Shown here in pieces: positions 51,900-60,969 of a DNA stretch of 64,000 nucleotides. Source of the DNA: Candidatus Foliamicus sp. (GTDB taxonomy: Bacteria > Pseudomonadota > Gammaproteobacteria > Steroidobacterales > Foliamicaceae); assembly GCA_965249285.1 (NCBI GenBank), contig OZ252226.1, positions 1,788,302-1,852,301 of the forward strand. The letters run 5' to 3'. Position 1 is the first letter of the stretch; every line of letters begins with the position of its first letter. Below the pieces are notes generated by a model. The model was given only the letters and a program-made list of their open reading frames with translations, was not told where the DNA came from and made no database searches. Both the position numbers and the translations under genes were made by a program.

Positions 51900-52694
51900 T
51901 CAGGCGCGCAAGCTGTACAGGGCGGGATCGTCCAGAATAGGCTTCAGAATCCGGTCCAGGCGATCGGCCATAGCGTTCACCTTGGCCGGGCTGTCCAGCA
52001 GGTCCTGACACACCTCCAGCGCCGCGCAGGGAAACCCGCGCTCCTCGGCATGATGATCCACGGTGTAGTCTTCCGGGTGTTTGCCGGAGTACGGCAGGTT
52101 GTTTCCTACCAGCAACTCTCCGGTGGAGCGCAGCCCATCCAATAGCGGGCGGGCAATTCGAGGATCCAGGTCCCATAGTACGCCGCAATCCCAGCGCCGG
52201 TCCTGGCCTTCCAGAAAACGCGTAAAGCTGTGAATTGCGATCAGAACCGGCGCTTCCACTATAGCCTGCAGGCGATCAAGCTCGCGATCAATGGCCGCAT
52301 GGTACGGCAAGTGAATCTCTGAAACGCGGCGGTTTTTTTGCTCCTCGCTCAAGTCCTGGTTGCCGGGAATGTCCACGCCGGCGCTACGGTCAAGAATAGA
52401 TGAGGAGTCGCTACGCGCGCGGTTGCAGTCCACAACCAGACGCGAGTAGTTGCAGAGAACAGCAGTAGCGTCCAGGCGTTTGCTCAAGGCCCGCGCCAGA
52501 TCGCCGGCGCCGATGTCCAGCGCGATATGGCTCTCGCAATGCTCGGACTCCAGGCCAAGGTGGTTCAGGACGCGGGGAATACGCCCGCTGGCGTGATCGC
52601 ACACGACGAGTTGGGGCGCCAGGGCCTCCCCGCGGAGCAACTCGTATGGCGGCGCCTCGAAGGAACCCAGCAAGGGCTGAGGCTCAAGCTTCAA
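51900..52694 (-). CDS. N-formylglutamate amidohydrolase family protein
   Basis: VVCDHAS, HIALDIG, YSRLVVDCNR, YHAAI, IHSFT, GNNLPY. Confidence 0.9.
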   Translation of the reverse strand: MKLEPQPLLGSFEAPPYELLRGEALAPQLVVCDHASGRIPRVLNHLGLESEHCESHIALDIGAGDLARALSKRLDATAVLCNYSRLVVDCNRARSDSSSILDRSAGVDIPGNQDLSEEQKNRRVSEIHLPYHAAIDRELDRLQAIVEAPVLIAIHSFTRFLEGQDRRWDCGVLWDLDPRIARPLLDGLRSTGELLVGNNLPYSGKHPEDYTVDHHAEERGFPCAALEVCQDLLDSPAKVNAMADRLDRILKPILDDPALYSLRA

Positions 52695-52768
52695 AGCGCT
52701 GGTTGAAATACCTGCATCTCCCTGCCAATAGTCATCGCTTCATGGTCAATCTAGGGCCTGTCAAAAAA

Positions 52769-52843
52769 TGGCGTCCCCAAGGGGATTCGAACCCCTGTTG
52801 CCGGCGTGAAAGGCCGGTGTCCTAACCTCTAGACGATGGGGAC
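52769..52843 (-). tRNA. tRNA-Glu(TTC)
   Basis: GTCCCCA acceptor, CT-TTC-AC loop, GTTCGAATC, CCA. Confidence 0.96.
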
Positions 52844-52853
52844 GCCGGGGTTC

Positions 52854-52929
<76 letters not shown>

Positions 52930-52944
52930 GCCACAAGTTGCGAA

Positions 52945-52973
52945 ATTGTATCCGTAAGCCAAGCTCTGCGCTA
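52945..52973 (-). promoter_or_regulatory. Putative promoter of tRNA-Ala/tRNA-Glu
   Basis: TAGCGC-N17-TACAAT. Confidence 0.45.
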
Positions 52974-53019
52974 GCCCGCCACGGAAGGCGGGGGCGCCGC
53001 TTTGTCGCGCGTTCGGCCC

Positions 53020-53994
53020 TCAGCCGCCGAACAGCAGGCGATTGAGATACGGCAGTCCGAGCGCGAGGATGACGCTTACGATCAGGCCGGACAGCGCCTT
53101 GAGTGCGTCCATCGAGACCATGCGCACAGTGTGCTTGAAGTCGGTGTCCGCCAGGTACATGGAGAGGGCGAACTCCCTGCCCGCCAGGAGCCCCAGGAAC
53201 ACCCAGGTGGTGCTCATCGGAATATTGCTCACTTCCTTGAACAGCAGCAGAATCACGCCATAAATGCAATCAATGATCGTAGCGGCGCGGATGTCGGTCG
53301 TGTCGGTCTTCGACAGGACGATCTTCTGAATTACGCCGCCGAAGGTATAAAAAATGTAGCCCTGCATGGCGATCAGCATCAATACGCCGAACGCCAGCCA
53401 TTGGATCGACAGTTGCCGCGGCAGGTAAACAAAGATGTTGGCGAGGTCCTGGATCAGCCATTGACTCCACAAGAAGGCCGTTGAAGACCATTGCAACAGG
53501 ACCCAGTAGCGCGGAATGGAATCCTTGCGGGTGCGATGAAAATATTCCGTGGCCCTATGAAAAACGAACTTGAACAGAACGATGGCGGCGACAAACGCCA
53601 CCACGTAACCCAACGCCGATTTCAGCAGCATGGCTTCAAGATTGCTGATCGTGAAGACACTCAGCACCAGGAAGGTGGTGCTCACCGGCACGCCTGCCCT
53701 GGTGAGAATCAGCAGCGCCAGCGGCGGGATAACGTGGATCCAGCTGATCCCGCCGGCGGGAACCGGAAACTTCGCCAGGCGACCGTAAGAAACGTCCCCG
53801 CCATGCGCAAACCAGCCATAGGCGAGCACCGCGCCGAGGATGCCGGAGGCGAACAGCCAAAGCACCCACCAGGGTCGGTGGGAATTGGACGACAGGAAGG
53901 TGCCCAGGGTTTGAATTGAATCGTTGGCAACCACTGCATAAGCCGCCAGCAGAAAGCCGGCGACCATGCAAATTTCTGTCAGTGAGAACGCCAA
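53020..53994 (-). CDS. Conserved polytopic membrane protein, possibly distantly PiT/permease-related
   Basis: About 10 TM segments; ANDSIQTLGTF, PVSTTF and PMSTTW internal-repeat motifs. Confidence 0.6.
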   Translation of the reverse strand: MAFSLTEICMVAGFLLAAYAVVANDSIQTLGTFLSSNSHRPWWVLWLFASGILGAVLAYGWFAHGGDVSYGRLAKFPVPAGGISWIHVIPPLALLILTRAGVPVSTTFLVLSVFTISNLEAMLLKSALGYVVAFVAAIVLFKFVFHRATEYFHRTRKDSIPRYWVLLQWSSTAFLWSQWLIQDLANIFVYLPRQLSIQWLAFGVLMLIAMQGYIFYTFGGVIQKIVLSKTDTTDIRAATIIDCIYGVILLLFKEVSNIPMSTTWVFLGLLAGREFALSMYLADTDFKHTVRMVSMDALKALSGLIVSVILALGLPYLNRLLFGG

Positions 53995-54172
53995 AGCCGA
54001 TTGTCGCTGCGCAAACGCGCCGCATTTCCCCCAGAAACCATCGCCGAATGAGTGAAGCCGGAGTGGCTGAACTATGCAGGCGCGAATAATACCCGGTATG
54101 CGGCCTCACAATGTTTCACTTTTGTGTCCGAATTCACCAGGGAGGCGCTTGCTCCAGCAAGCAGGAAAACCC

Positions 54173-54248
54173 CCCTGGGAACGAGGGCATCCTGCCCTCG
54201 CCGAGGGCAGGATGCCCTCGTTCCCAGCGTGTTCACTGCGAAAACTCG
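54173..54248. repeat. REP-like element, family A, copy 10 (near consensus)
   Basis: CCCTGGGAACGAGGGCATCCTGCCCTCGCCGAGGGCAGGATGCCCTCGTTCCCAG plus a partial accessory module. Confidence 0.92.
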
Positions 54249-54258
54249 TATCGAGAGC

Positions 54259-54939
54259 TTACCTGTCCAATTCTGACCCGTCGTCCGCGCCGGAGATTGC
54301 GCGCAAGAATGAGGACACGTCAAGCAGTTCCTGCCCGCATACCTGATGCCCCATTGCGTACTCGCGCCATTCCACCCGGCAACCGGCCTTCTGAAGTTGT
54401 TCCCGCATTTGTAGGCCGAGGCGCAAGGGCAACACCTCGTCGAAGCGGCCGTGGGCCAGGAAACAGCGCAGCCCGGCCGCCGCGGCCCCGAAACCCAAAG
54501 GCGCCAGCGGGGGCAGATACGTGGATAGCGCGAGCACTCCGGCCACCGGCTTGTCGGCCAGCAAGGCGGTCCGCAGGGCGATCGTGCCGCCTTGCGAAAA
54601 TCCGGCGAGGACGATCCTTTCGCGGGACACGCCGCGCCCTTCTTCACGCTCGATCAATTCTTCCAGCAAGCGGCAACTTTCGGCCATACCGGCACTATCT
54701 ACCGGATGCACGCTATCCCGCGACTGGAGGTCAAACCAGGCGCGCATCGGCATGCCGCCGTTAATGGTCACGGGCCGCACCGGCGCATTCGGCAGCACGA
54801 ATCGCCAACCGGGCGCAGACGGAAGATCAAGTTCCGGCACGATCGGCCAGAAATCGCCGGCGTCGGCGCCCAGGCCGTGCAGCCAGATGACGGTGTTGAC
54901 GGGATCGGGGCCCGTGACTCGCTCCAGGCAGCCCAGCAT
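54259..54939 (-). CDS. Carboxylesterase/phospholipase (alpha/beta hydrolase)
   Basis: WLHGLGAD, AGFSQGG nucleophile elbow, HGRFDEV, MGHQV. Confidence 0.93.
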   Translation of the reverse strand: MLGCLERVTGPDPVNTVIWLHGLGADAGDFWPIVPELDLPSAPGWRFVLPNAPVRPVTINGGMPMRAWFDLQSRDSVHPVDSAGMAESCRLLEELIEREEGRGVSRERIVLAGFSQGGTIALRTALLADKPVAGVLALSTYLPPLAPLGFGAAAAGLRCFLAHGRFDEVLPLRLGLQMREQLQKAGCRVEWREYAMGHQVCGQELLDVSSFLRAISGADDGSELDR

Positions 54940-54941
54940 GA

Positions 54942-56390
54942 CTATCGGCGGCTGCGGACTTCCGATCCGGCGCCCGAATCGGAAGCAGCGATTCGGGCGT
55001 CGATGTAGGCCAGGGCCTTGCCGAGGCGACTCAGGGTGGCGGTCCGTCCGGCAAGAAACAGCGTAGTGTCGATGGGCGGCGAGACCGCATCACCGGTAAT
55101 CGCCACCCGCAACGGCTGACCCAGCTTGCCGAATCCGATTCCAGCGGACTCCACCACTTGCACAATACAGGCATGAATGTCCGCGGACGTCCAACTCGCA
55201 AGATCGGCCAGCGCCTCGCGGGCCGCCGCTAACGGTTCGCGCACCACCGGCCGGAGGAACTTGTGGGCCGCCCGCCGGTTGAGTTCGATCTCGGCGGAAT
55301 AAACCCAACGCGCGGACTCCGCCATGTCGGCCAGCGTCTCGGCGCGTTCTTGCCAGGCTTCGGCGACGGCAGCGAGCGGCGGTCCGTCGTGGGGGTTCAA
55401 ACCTAGTTGCCTGAGCTGGGCCTCCAGTCCCTCGCACAACGCAGTTGCCTCCATTGCTTTCATATGCTGCTGGTTGATCCAGTTCAGCTTGGCGGCGTCC
55501 AGGCGGGCCGCCGACGCGCCCAGGCCCTGACGGTCGAAATGGGCAATCAATTCCTCAACCGTAAACACCTCCTGATCGCCGTGCGACCAGCCCAATCGGG
55601 CCAGGTAATTGAGCACCGCCCCGGGCAGATACCCGGCCCGCAGGTAATGCAGCGCGTCGGTGGCTTCATCGCGCTTGGACAGTTTCCGGCCGTCCGGCGC
55701 CATAAGCAGCGGCAGATGGCAGTACTCCGGCGGCGTCCAGCCCAGCGCCTGGATCAACTGGAGCTGCCGGGGCGTGTTGTTGAGATGATCATCGCCGCGG
55801 ATGACCTGGCGCACGCCCATGTCCTGGTCATCGGTAACGCAACTCAAGTGGAACGTCGGCATACGATCCGCGCGCAGCAGCACCAGGTCGTCAAGCTGCG
55901 CGTTGCGATAGCGAACGTCGCCATGCAGCCAATCGCGCACAACGACCTCTTCGGTGTCCGGCCGGCGAAACCGCAGCACCGGCGAAACTCCCTGGCGCGG
56001 CTTGCTGCGCTCCCGGCAGCGTCCGTCGTAGCGTGGGTCATCGCCCCGTGCGCGTTGCTCTTCGCGCATGGCGGTGAGTTCCTCGGGGGTGCAATAGCAG
56101 TGGTACGCCAAGCCCATCTCAAGCAACTGATCCGCCACCTCGCGATGGCGCTCTACCCGCGAGGACTGCAGCAACGGTTCGCCGTCGAGATCCAGACCGA
56201 AGCGCTGGAGGGCGTCAATCAGGGTCCTTACATGCTCTTGGGAAGAGCGCTGACGATCGGTATCCTCGATCCGCAGCAGAAACTCCCCGCCGTGGCGCCG
56301 CGCATATAACCAGTTGTACAACGCCGTGCGCAGGCCCCCCAGGTGCAAGACGCCGGTGGGGCTGGGAGCAAAGCGGGTGCGAACAGACAT
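54942..56390 (-). CDS. gltX: Glutamate--tRNA ligase
   Basis: RFAPSPTGVLHLGG, LRIEDTD, IRGDDH, KLSKR. Confidence 0.97.
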   Translation of the reverse strand: MSVRTRFAPSPTGVLHLGGLRTALYNWLYARRHGGEFLLRIEDTDRQRSSQEHVRTLIDALQRFGLDLDGEPLLQSSRVERHREVADQLLEMGLAYHCYCTPEELTAMREEQRARGDDPRYDGRCRERSKPRQGVSPVLRFRRPDTEEVVVRDWLHGDVRYRNAQLDDLVLLRADRMPTFHLSCVTDDQDMGVRQVIRGDDHLNNTPRQLQLIQALGWTPPEYCHLPLLMAPDGRKLSKRDEATDALHYLRAGYLPGAVLNYLARLGWSHGDQEVFTVEELIAHFDRQGLGASAARLDAAKLNWINQQHMKAMEATALCEGLEAQLRQLGLNPHDGPPLAAVAEAWQERAETLADMAESARWVYSAEIELNRRAAHKFLRPVVREPLAAAREALADLASWTSADIHACIVQVVESAGIGFGKLGQPLRVAITGDAVSPPIDTTLFLAGRTATLSRLGKALAYIDARIAASDSGAGSEVRSRR

Positions 56391-56419
56391 ACGGACAAAG
56401 GGGTGGCAATCGGCGCCAC

Positions 56420-56449
56420 TTGCAGGCCGAGCAAGCGGCGGTCAATAAT
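56420..56449 (+). promoter_or_regulatory. Putative promoter of tRNA-Val
   Basis: TTGCAG-N18-AATAAT followed by a GC-rich discriminator. Confidence 0.45.
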
Positions 56450-56460
56450 ACCCGCCCACA

Positions 56461-56535
56461 GGGCGATTAGCTCAGGGGGAGAGCGCTGCCTTCACACGGC
56501 AGAGGTCGCTGGTTCAATCCCAGCATCGCCCACCA
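56461..56535 (+). tRNA. tRNA-Val(CAC)
   Basis: GGGCGAT acceptor, TT-CAC-AC loop, GTTCAATC, CCA; divergent from gltX. Confidence 0.95.
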
Positions 56536-56686
56536 CTCCTTCCGCTTGCGCATCGCCGGGTGGAGCGCTAGTAGGCCTTTCACGCGCTCCTCAAGATATA
56601 TGACCTGCACGCTACTTTTGGTTTGCGTTTCCTGGCCGGCCAGAGAAGTCCAGCAACCCAACTCTGAGACTCGCGGCGGTCGTTAT

Positions 56687-57073
56687 TTACTGCGGCGCGA
56701 ACTGGTTCAAGCATTGGATAACGGGCTTACTGGTGATGCCCAATGCGCGCACATGCGCTGCCAGTTTCGGCGCCGGAATCTGGCAGAACGCAATGAGTTC
56801 CATCAAGTAGGGCGGCGAGCAGCATACCAGGAGTGAGTAAGCGGCCCAGTCCATGTGATCTTTGTGGTGATGGTTGGGCGGCGCTGTCCGCAGATAGGCG
56901 TACATCCCTTTCCCCGATGGGCAATTGGCGATGCCCGCGCAATGCCGCCCGAGCAATTGTTGGATGACGCCGTCGGGGTTGTCGCAGGCAAATTCCTTCG
57001 GCGGGAGCTTGGCTTGGGCAAAACGCTCGGCGGACGCCAATTGCGGAAATGGACGCGTGTCAGGATGGGTCAT
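56687..57073 (-). CDS. Hypothetical protein, 128 aa, Cys/His-rich
   Basis: ATG preceded by AAGGA; no recognisable motif. Confidence 0.5.
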   Translation of the reverse strand: MTHPDTRPFPQLASAERFAQAKLPPKEFACDNPDGVIQQLLGRHCAGIANCPSGKGMYAYLRTAPPNHHHKDHMDWAAYSLLVCCSPPYLMELIAFCQIPAPKLAAHVRALGITSKPVIQCLNQFAPQ

Positions 57074-57194
57074 GGATCCTTGCGACCTTCACAGCCGAAG
57101 GAGCAAGCTCTACCAGCAAATGAGCGATCGTTTGGGGGTCTGCGGCGTACGGTTTGGGCGAGAGCCCAAGCAGGGGCTTGTCCGAGGCCGCGGC

Positions 57195-57587
57195 TCACTC
57201 GTCCGGCAGAGTCATAAGCAAACTGCGCGCCGGCGAGTGACCGTCGAGATCCAGAAGTTGATCCGTCCACGCCCGGCGCTTACCGAGCCGCTTTGCCAAC
57301 GCGGCCGGACTCATGCCTTGCTCGCACATGGCTGCATATAGCGCCAGTTTGCTCTCCACGAACGGTGGCAGCTGCACCACCGGGCGGCCTCGCGCCTCCG
57401 ACGGAACCGGAATTGCCCAACCACGAGAAATGTATCCGCCCAATCCGCCAATGAGGCAATCCTTCGCCTCGGACAGCGCTTCCCGTTCGCTCTCTCCTTC
57501 CGTGAGTGCTTTCGGCACGTCGGGAAATGACACCAATATTGCGCCGTTCCGCTGGCTCTTCAATGTAATGGGGCATGCGAAACGCAT
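57195..57587 (-). CDS. hicB: HicB-family antitoxin, C-terminus possibly degraded
   Basis: ILVSFPDVP.ALTEGES..EAL..AKDCL..GLGGY....AIPVPS, then an HTH-like MSPAALAKRLG. Confidence 0.78.
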   Translation of the reverse strand: MRFACPITLKSQRNGAILVSFPDVPKALTEGESEREALSEAKDCLIGGLGGYISRGWAIPVPSEARGRPVVQLPPFVESKLALYAAMCEQGMSPAALAKRLGKRRAWTDQLLDLDGHSPARSLLMTLPDE

Positions 57588-57603
57588 AGTGCAATTATGC
57601 GCG

Positions 57604-58974
57604 CTAAGACTTGCTCGGGCGGACCTCGGAGACAGCGCTTCTTAGTTCGGCGGTCTTTTGTGCGAGAAGTTCGGGATCGGCGTGGGTTTCGAGGTTCAGG
57701 CGCAACAGCGGTTCGGTGTTCGAGGCTCTCAGGTTGAATCGCCAGTCAGGAAATTCAACCGACAGGCCGTCGATGTGATCGACCACGCCGCCTTGACCGA
57801 CGTATTGCTCCTCCAGGCGGCTCAGCAGCGGAGGAAGCTCCTCGGCTGCCGGCAGGTTGATTTCGCCGCTGGTCGGGTAGCGTGCCTTGCGCTCGGCGGT
57901 GCGCTCGGCCAGGCCTCCGCCCTGCGCGGAGAGGATGCCCGCCATGAGCACCCAGGGGATCATGCCGGAGTCGCAGTAGAGGAACTCCCGGAAATAGTGG
58001 TGGGCGCTGCTCTCTCCCCCGTACACTGCGTCTTCCTCGCGCATCCGCTGTTTCAGGAATGCGTGCCCGGCCCGGTTCATGATTGGTTGCCCGCCCGCAG
58101 CCCGCACCTGCTCTTCGGTGTCCCACACAAGCTTGGGATCGTGGACCACCCGTCGATCCCCGGCCGGCCGGGAAGAAAGCAAGGTGGCCGCAAACATGCC
58201 TACGGTGTAGTACGGATCGACGTAATCGCCCCGCTCGTCAAAAAAACCGCAGCGGTCGAAATCGCCGTCGAAGGCTACGCCGAAATCGGCGCGATGCTCC
58301 AGGACCGCTTGCGAAGTGGCCAGGCGGGTGCTGTCGTGCAAGGGATTGGGCACGCCGTTCGGGAAACGCCCATCCGGCTCGGCCAGCAAGTGAACGATTT
58401 CCAGCGGCGTCTCCCCGGCCAGCACCTCCACGCTTGGGCCGGCGGCGCCGTTTCCTGAATTGATGACGAGCTTCAGCGGCTTTAGGGGAAACTCCTCGAC
58501 GAAGGAAAGGACTCTACGCCGCCACGAAGCATGAACGTCGACCCGCCGGATCCGGCCACGCGCGCCGCGCGGAATCGGGGACTCCGCCATTCGCGCAATA
58601 TCGGCAAGGCCGGTGTCGCCGCTGATCGGACGCGCTTCCTCGCGCACCAGCTTCAGGCCGTTGTAGTCGGCGGGATTGTGGCTGGCGGTCACCATGACTC
58701 CGGCGCCGCAGCCGAACCTTCCGGTAGCGAAATAGACCTGCTCGGTGCCGCAAAGGCCCAGGTCGGCGACATCGGCGCCGGCCCGTGTTACACCTTCGGC
58801 GACTGCGGCGGCTATCTCGGGACTGGACAGCCGGGCATCGTGGCCCAGGACAACTTCCTTTGCGCCGGTAAAACGAACCAGCGCAGCGCCGATCCGGCAG
58901 GCGAGGTCGGCATTGAACTCTTCCGGAACCCGCCCGCGAACGTCGTATGCCTTGAACGGCGGCTTAAGCCTCAT
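57604..58974 (-). CDS. manB: Phosphomannomutase/phosphoglucomutase (CpsG type)
   Basis: FKAYDVRG, TASHNP, DGDFDR, GESSAHHYF, RASNTEP. Confidence 0.95.
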   Translation of the reverse strand: MRLKPPFKAYDVRGRVPEEFNADLACRIGAALVRFTGAKEVVLGHDARLSSPEIAAAVAEGVTRAGADVADLGLCGTEQVYFATGRFGCGAGVMVTASHNPADYNGLKLVREEARPISGDTGLADIARMAESPIPRGARGRIRRVDVHASWRRRVLSFVEEFPLKPLKLVINSGNGAAGPSVEVLAGETPLEIVHLLAEPDGRFPNGVPNPLHDSTRLATSQAVLEHRADFGVAFDGDFDRCGFFDERGDYVDPYYTVGMFAATLLSSRPAGDRRVVHDPKLVWDTEEQVRAAGGQPIMNRAGHAFLKQRMREEDAVYGGESSAHHYFREFLYCDSGMIPWVLMAGILSAQGGGLAERTAERKARYPTSGEINLPAAEELPPLLSRLEEQYVGQGGVVDHIDGLSVEFPDWRFNLRASNTEPLLRLNLETHADPELLAQKTAELRSAVSEVRPSKS

Positions 58975-59003
58975 CTTGCTTCATTCACAATTGCGGACGG
59001 CGT

Positions 59004-59110
59004 TTGGCGCCCTCGTCCCTTCCTGCCGGGGGACGCATGAATCGATCCCTGGAGCTTGCTCCGGCATCCCTGCCTCCGATACCCCCGGCAGGAAGGGACG
59101 AGGGCGCCAA
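59004..59110. repeat. Palindromic element, family B, copy 2 (perfect 29-bp arms, 49-nt core)
   Basis: 59004-59032 is the exact reverse complement of 59082-59110. Confidence 0.88.
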
Positions 59111-59124
59111 GGACACCACCGGGC

Positions 59125-60828
59125 TCAGGCACGGCCGTAGGCGTCTTCGAAGCGCTCGATGTCGTCCTCGCCCAGGTATTCACCTAACTGCACTTCCACA
59201 ATCTCCGCCAGTTCTTTGCCCGGATTGTGAATCCGGTGGACGCTGCCCAGCGGAATGCAAATGTGATCGCCAACCTTAAGCGAATGGTTTTCGCCGTCGC
59301 GCTCGGCCACCGGCGAACCGCTCACCACCACCCAATGCTCATCTCGCCGGCGATGGCGCTGCAGCGAAAGCGTCTCGCCGGGAAGGACTCGCAGACACTT
59401 GACCTGGTAGCCCTCGCCCTGCCCCAGGCCTTCAAAGCTGCCCCAGGGCCGAAAGACTTCCTCGCCTACTGCATGCAATCCGGAGCCGTTGTCCTGCGCA
59501 AGCGGCTCGCCACGGCCCACGCCGAAGTATCGAAAGCCCTTGTCCCGCATGACGTCCGGCGAGTACAGGTTGCGGCCGTCAAAGACCACCGGTTTCTTGA
59601 GTTGGTCCCGCAGCTTGTCGAAGTCGGGCGAACGGAACTGCGGCCACTCGGTCACAACGGCCAGGGCGTCCGCGCCGTCCACCGCTTGGTCGGCATCGGC
59701 GGCGTACTCGATTCCCTCGCGATCGCCCAGCACCGCCCTGCAGCGCTCCATGGCCACCGGATCGTACGCCCGTACCCGGGCGCCCTGTGACAGCAGGAAA
59801 TCGATAAGCACCAGGCTGGGCGCCTCGCGCATGTCATCGGTGCCGGGTTTGAACGACAAGCCCCACAGGGCGATCAGGCGGCCGGCCAGCGTGTCTCCGA
59901 AGTAGGCCTTGATCTTGCGCCCCAGCGCGGCCTTCTGCGTCTCGTTGACGCGCGCTACAGCCTCGACGATCCGCGCCCGATAGCCGTGTTCGCGCGCGGT
60001 CTGCGCCAGCGCGGCGGTATCCTTCGGCAGACAGGAGCCTCCATAACCGCCGCCTGCGTACAGGTAGTTGTAGCCGATACGCTGGTCGGCGCCGATTGCG
60101 CTGCGCACCTGCTCGATATCGGCGCCGACGCGTTCGGCCAGACAGGCCAGCTCGTTCATAAAGCTGATGCGCGTGGCCAGCATGGCGTTGGCTGCGTACT
60201 TGGTCAGTTCCGCAGAGGAGCGATCCATGACCATGAGGCGATCGTGCTTGCGGTGAAACGGTGCGTACAAGCCGCTTAAGTAATCGATCGCGCGCTTGCT
60301 GCGGGTGCCGAGAATGATGCGTTCGGGGTGGGTGAAATCCGACACCGCCGCACCGCCTTTCAGGAATTCCGGATTGGACACGACGTCAAACTCATAATCG
60401 GCGCCACGATCGGCCAGGCGCCGGGCGATGCGCTCTTCCACCCGTGCAGAGGTGCCTACCGGAACGGTGGATTTGCACACCACCAGGCGATAGGCGGGCA
60501 TGTGATCGGCAATCGAATCGGCCACCGCGAAGACCTGGCGCAGATCGGCCTGTCCGTTGCCGCCGGGCGGAGTGCTGACGGCGATGAACTGGGCCTCGCC
60601 ATGTTCCACGCCGCTCTTGATGTCGGTGCTGAACCGCAGGCGGCCGGCCTTCAAATTCCTGTGAACCAGTTCCTCGAGCCCGGGCTCGAAAATGTGCAGC
60701 TCGCCCCGGCGGAGGCGTTCTATGGTGGCGCGGTCGATATCCAGGCCAACGACGCTGACGCCGGTTTCCGCGAAACAAGCGCCGGTCACGAGTCCCACGT
60801 AGCCGCAGCCGTGAACGGTAATCTTCAT
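59125..60828 (-). CDS. ugd: UDP-glucose/GDP-mannose 6-dehydrogenase fused to a type II phosphomannose isomerase cupin
   Basis: GCGYVG, KSTVPVGT, NPEFL, KYAAN, GYGGSCLPKD, FDGRN; then RPWG...SLQRH..DEHW...HRIHNPG...EDDIERFED. Confidence 0.9.
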   Translation of the reverse strand: MKITVHGCGYVGLVTGACFAETGVSVVGLDIDRATIERLRRGELHIFEPGLEELVHRNLKAGRLRFSTDIKSGVEHGEAQFIAVSTPPGGNGQADLRQVFAVADSIADHMPAYRLVVCKSTVPVGTSARVEERIARRLADRGADYEFDVVSNPEFLKGGAAVSDFTHPERIILGTRSKRAIDYLSGLYAPFHRKHDRLMVMDRSSAELTKYAANAMLATRISFMNELACLAERVGADIEQVRSAIGADQRIGYNYLYAGGGYGGSCLPKDTAALAQTAREHGYRARIVEAVARVNETQKAALGRKIKAYFGDTLAGRLIALWGLSFKPGTDDMREAPSLVLIDFLLSQGARVRAYDPVAMERCRAVLGDREGIEYAADADQAVDGADALAVVTEWPQFRSPDFDKLRDQLKKPVVFDGRNLYSPDVMRDKGFRYFGVGRGEPLAQDNGSGLHAVGEEVFRPWGSFEGLGQGEGYQVKCLRVLPGETLSLQRHRRRDEHWVVVSGSPVAERDGENHSLKVGDHICIPLGSVHRIHNPGKELAEIVEVQLGEYLGEDDIERFEDAYGRA

Positions 60829-60906
60829 GGCTACGCTATTTTAGGCGTGCGGCGTTACGCAGACGTTTCACCACTATAGCCGCGCCGCTTCTTGCACAGC
60901 CCCTCG

Positions 60907-60963
60907 CCCTGGGAACGAGGGGTTCCCGCCCTCGCGGAGGGCAGGATGCCCTCCATCCAAGGG
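60907..60963. repeat. REP-like element, family A, copy 11
   Basis: CCCTGGGAACGAGGGGTTCCCGCCCTCGCGGAGGGCAGGATGCCCTCCATCCAAGGG. Confidence 0.85.
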
Positions 60964-60969
60964 ATTCGG

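Noticed and set aside
54100-54130. Pho box upstream of the PiT-like gene
   Set aside because: The TCAC repeats are 10 nt apart and fit CTGTCAT poorly.
56467-56661. 64-aa ORF overlapping tRNA-Val, and an att-site duplication
   Set aside because: The ORF runs antisense through the tRNA; I found no repeat of the tRNA 3' end in 56540-57640.
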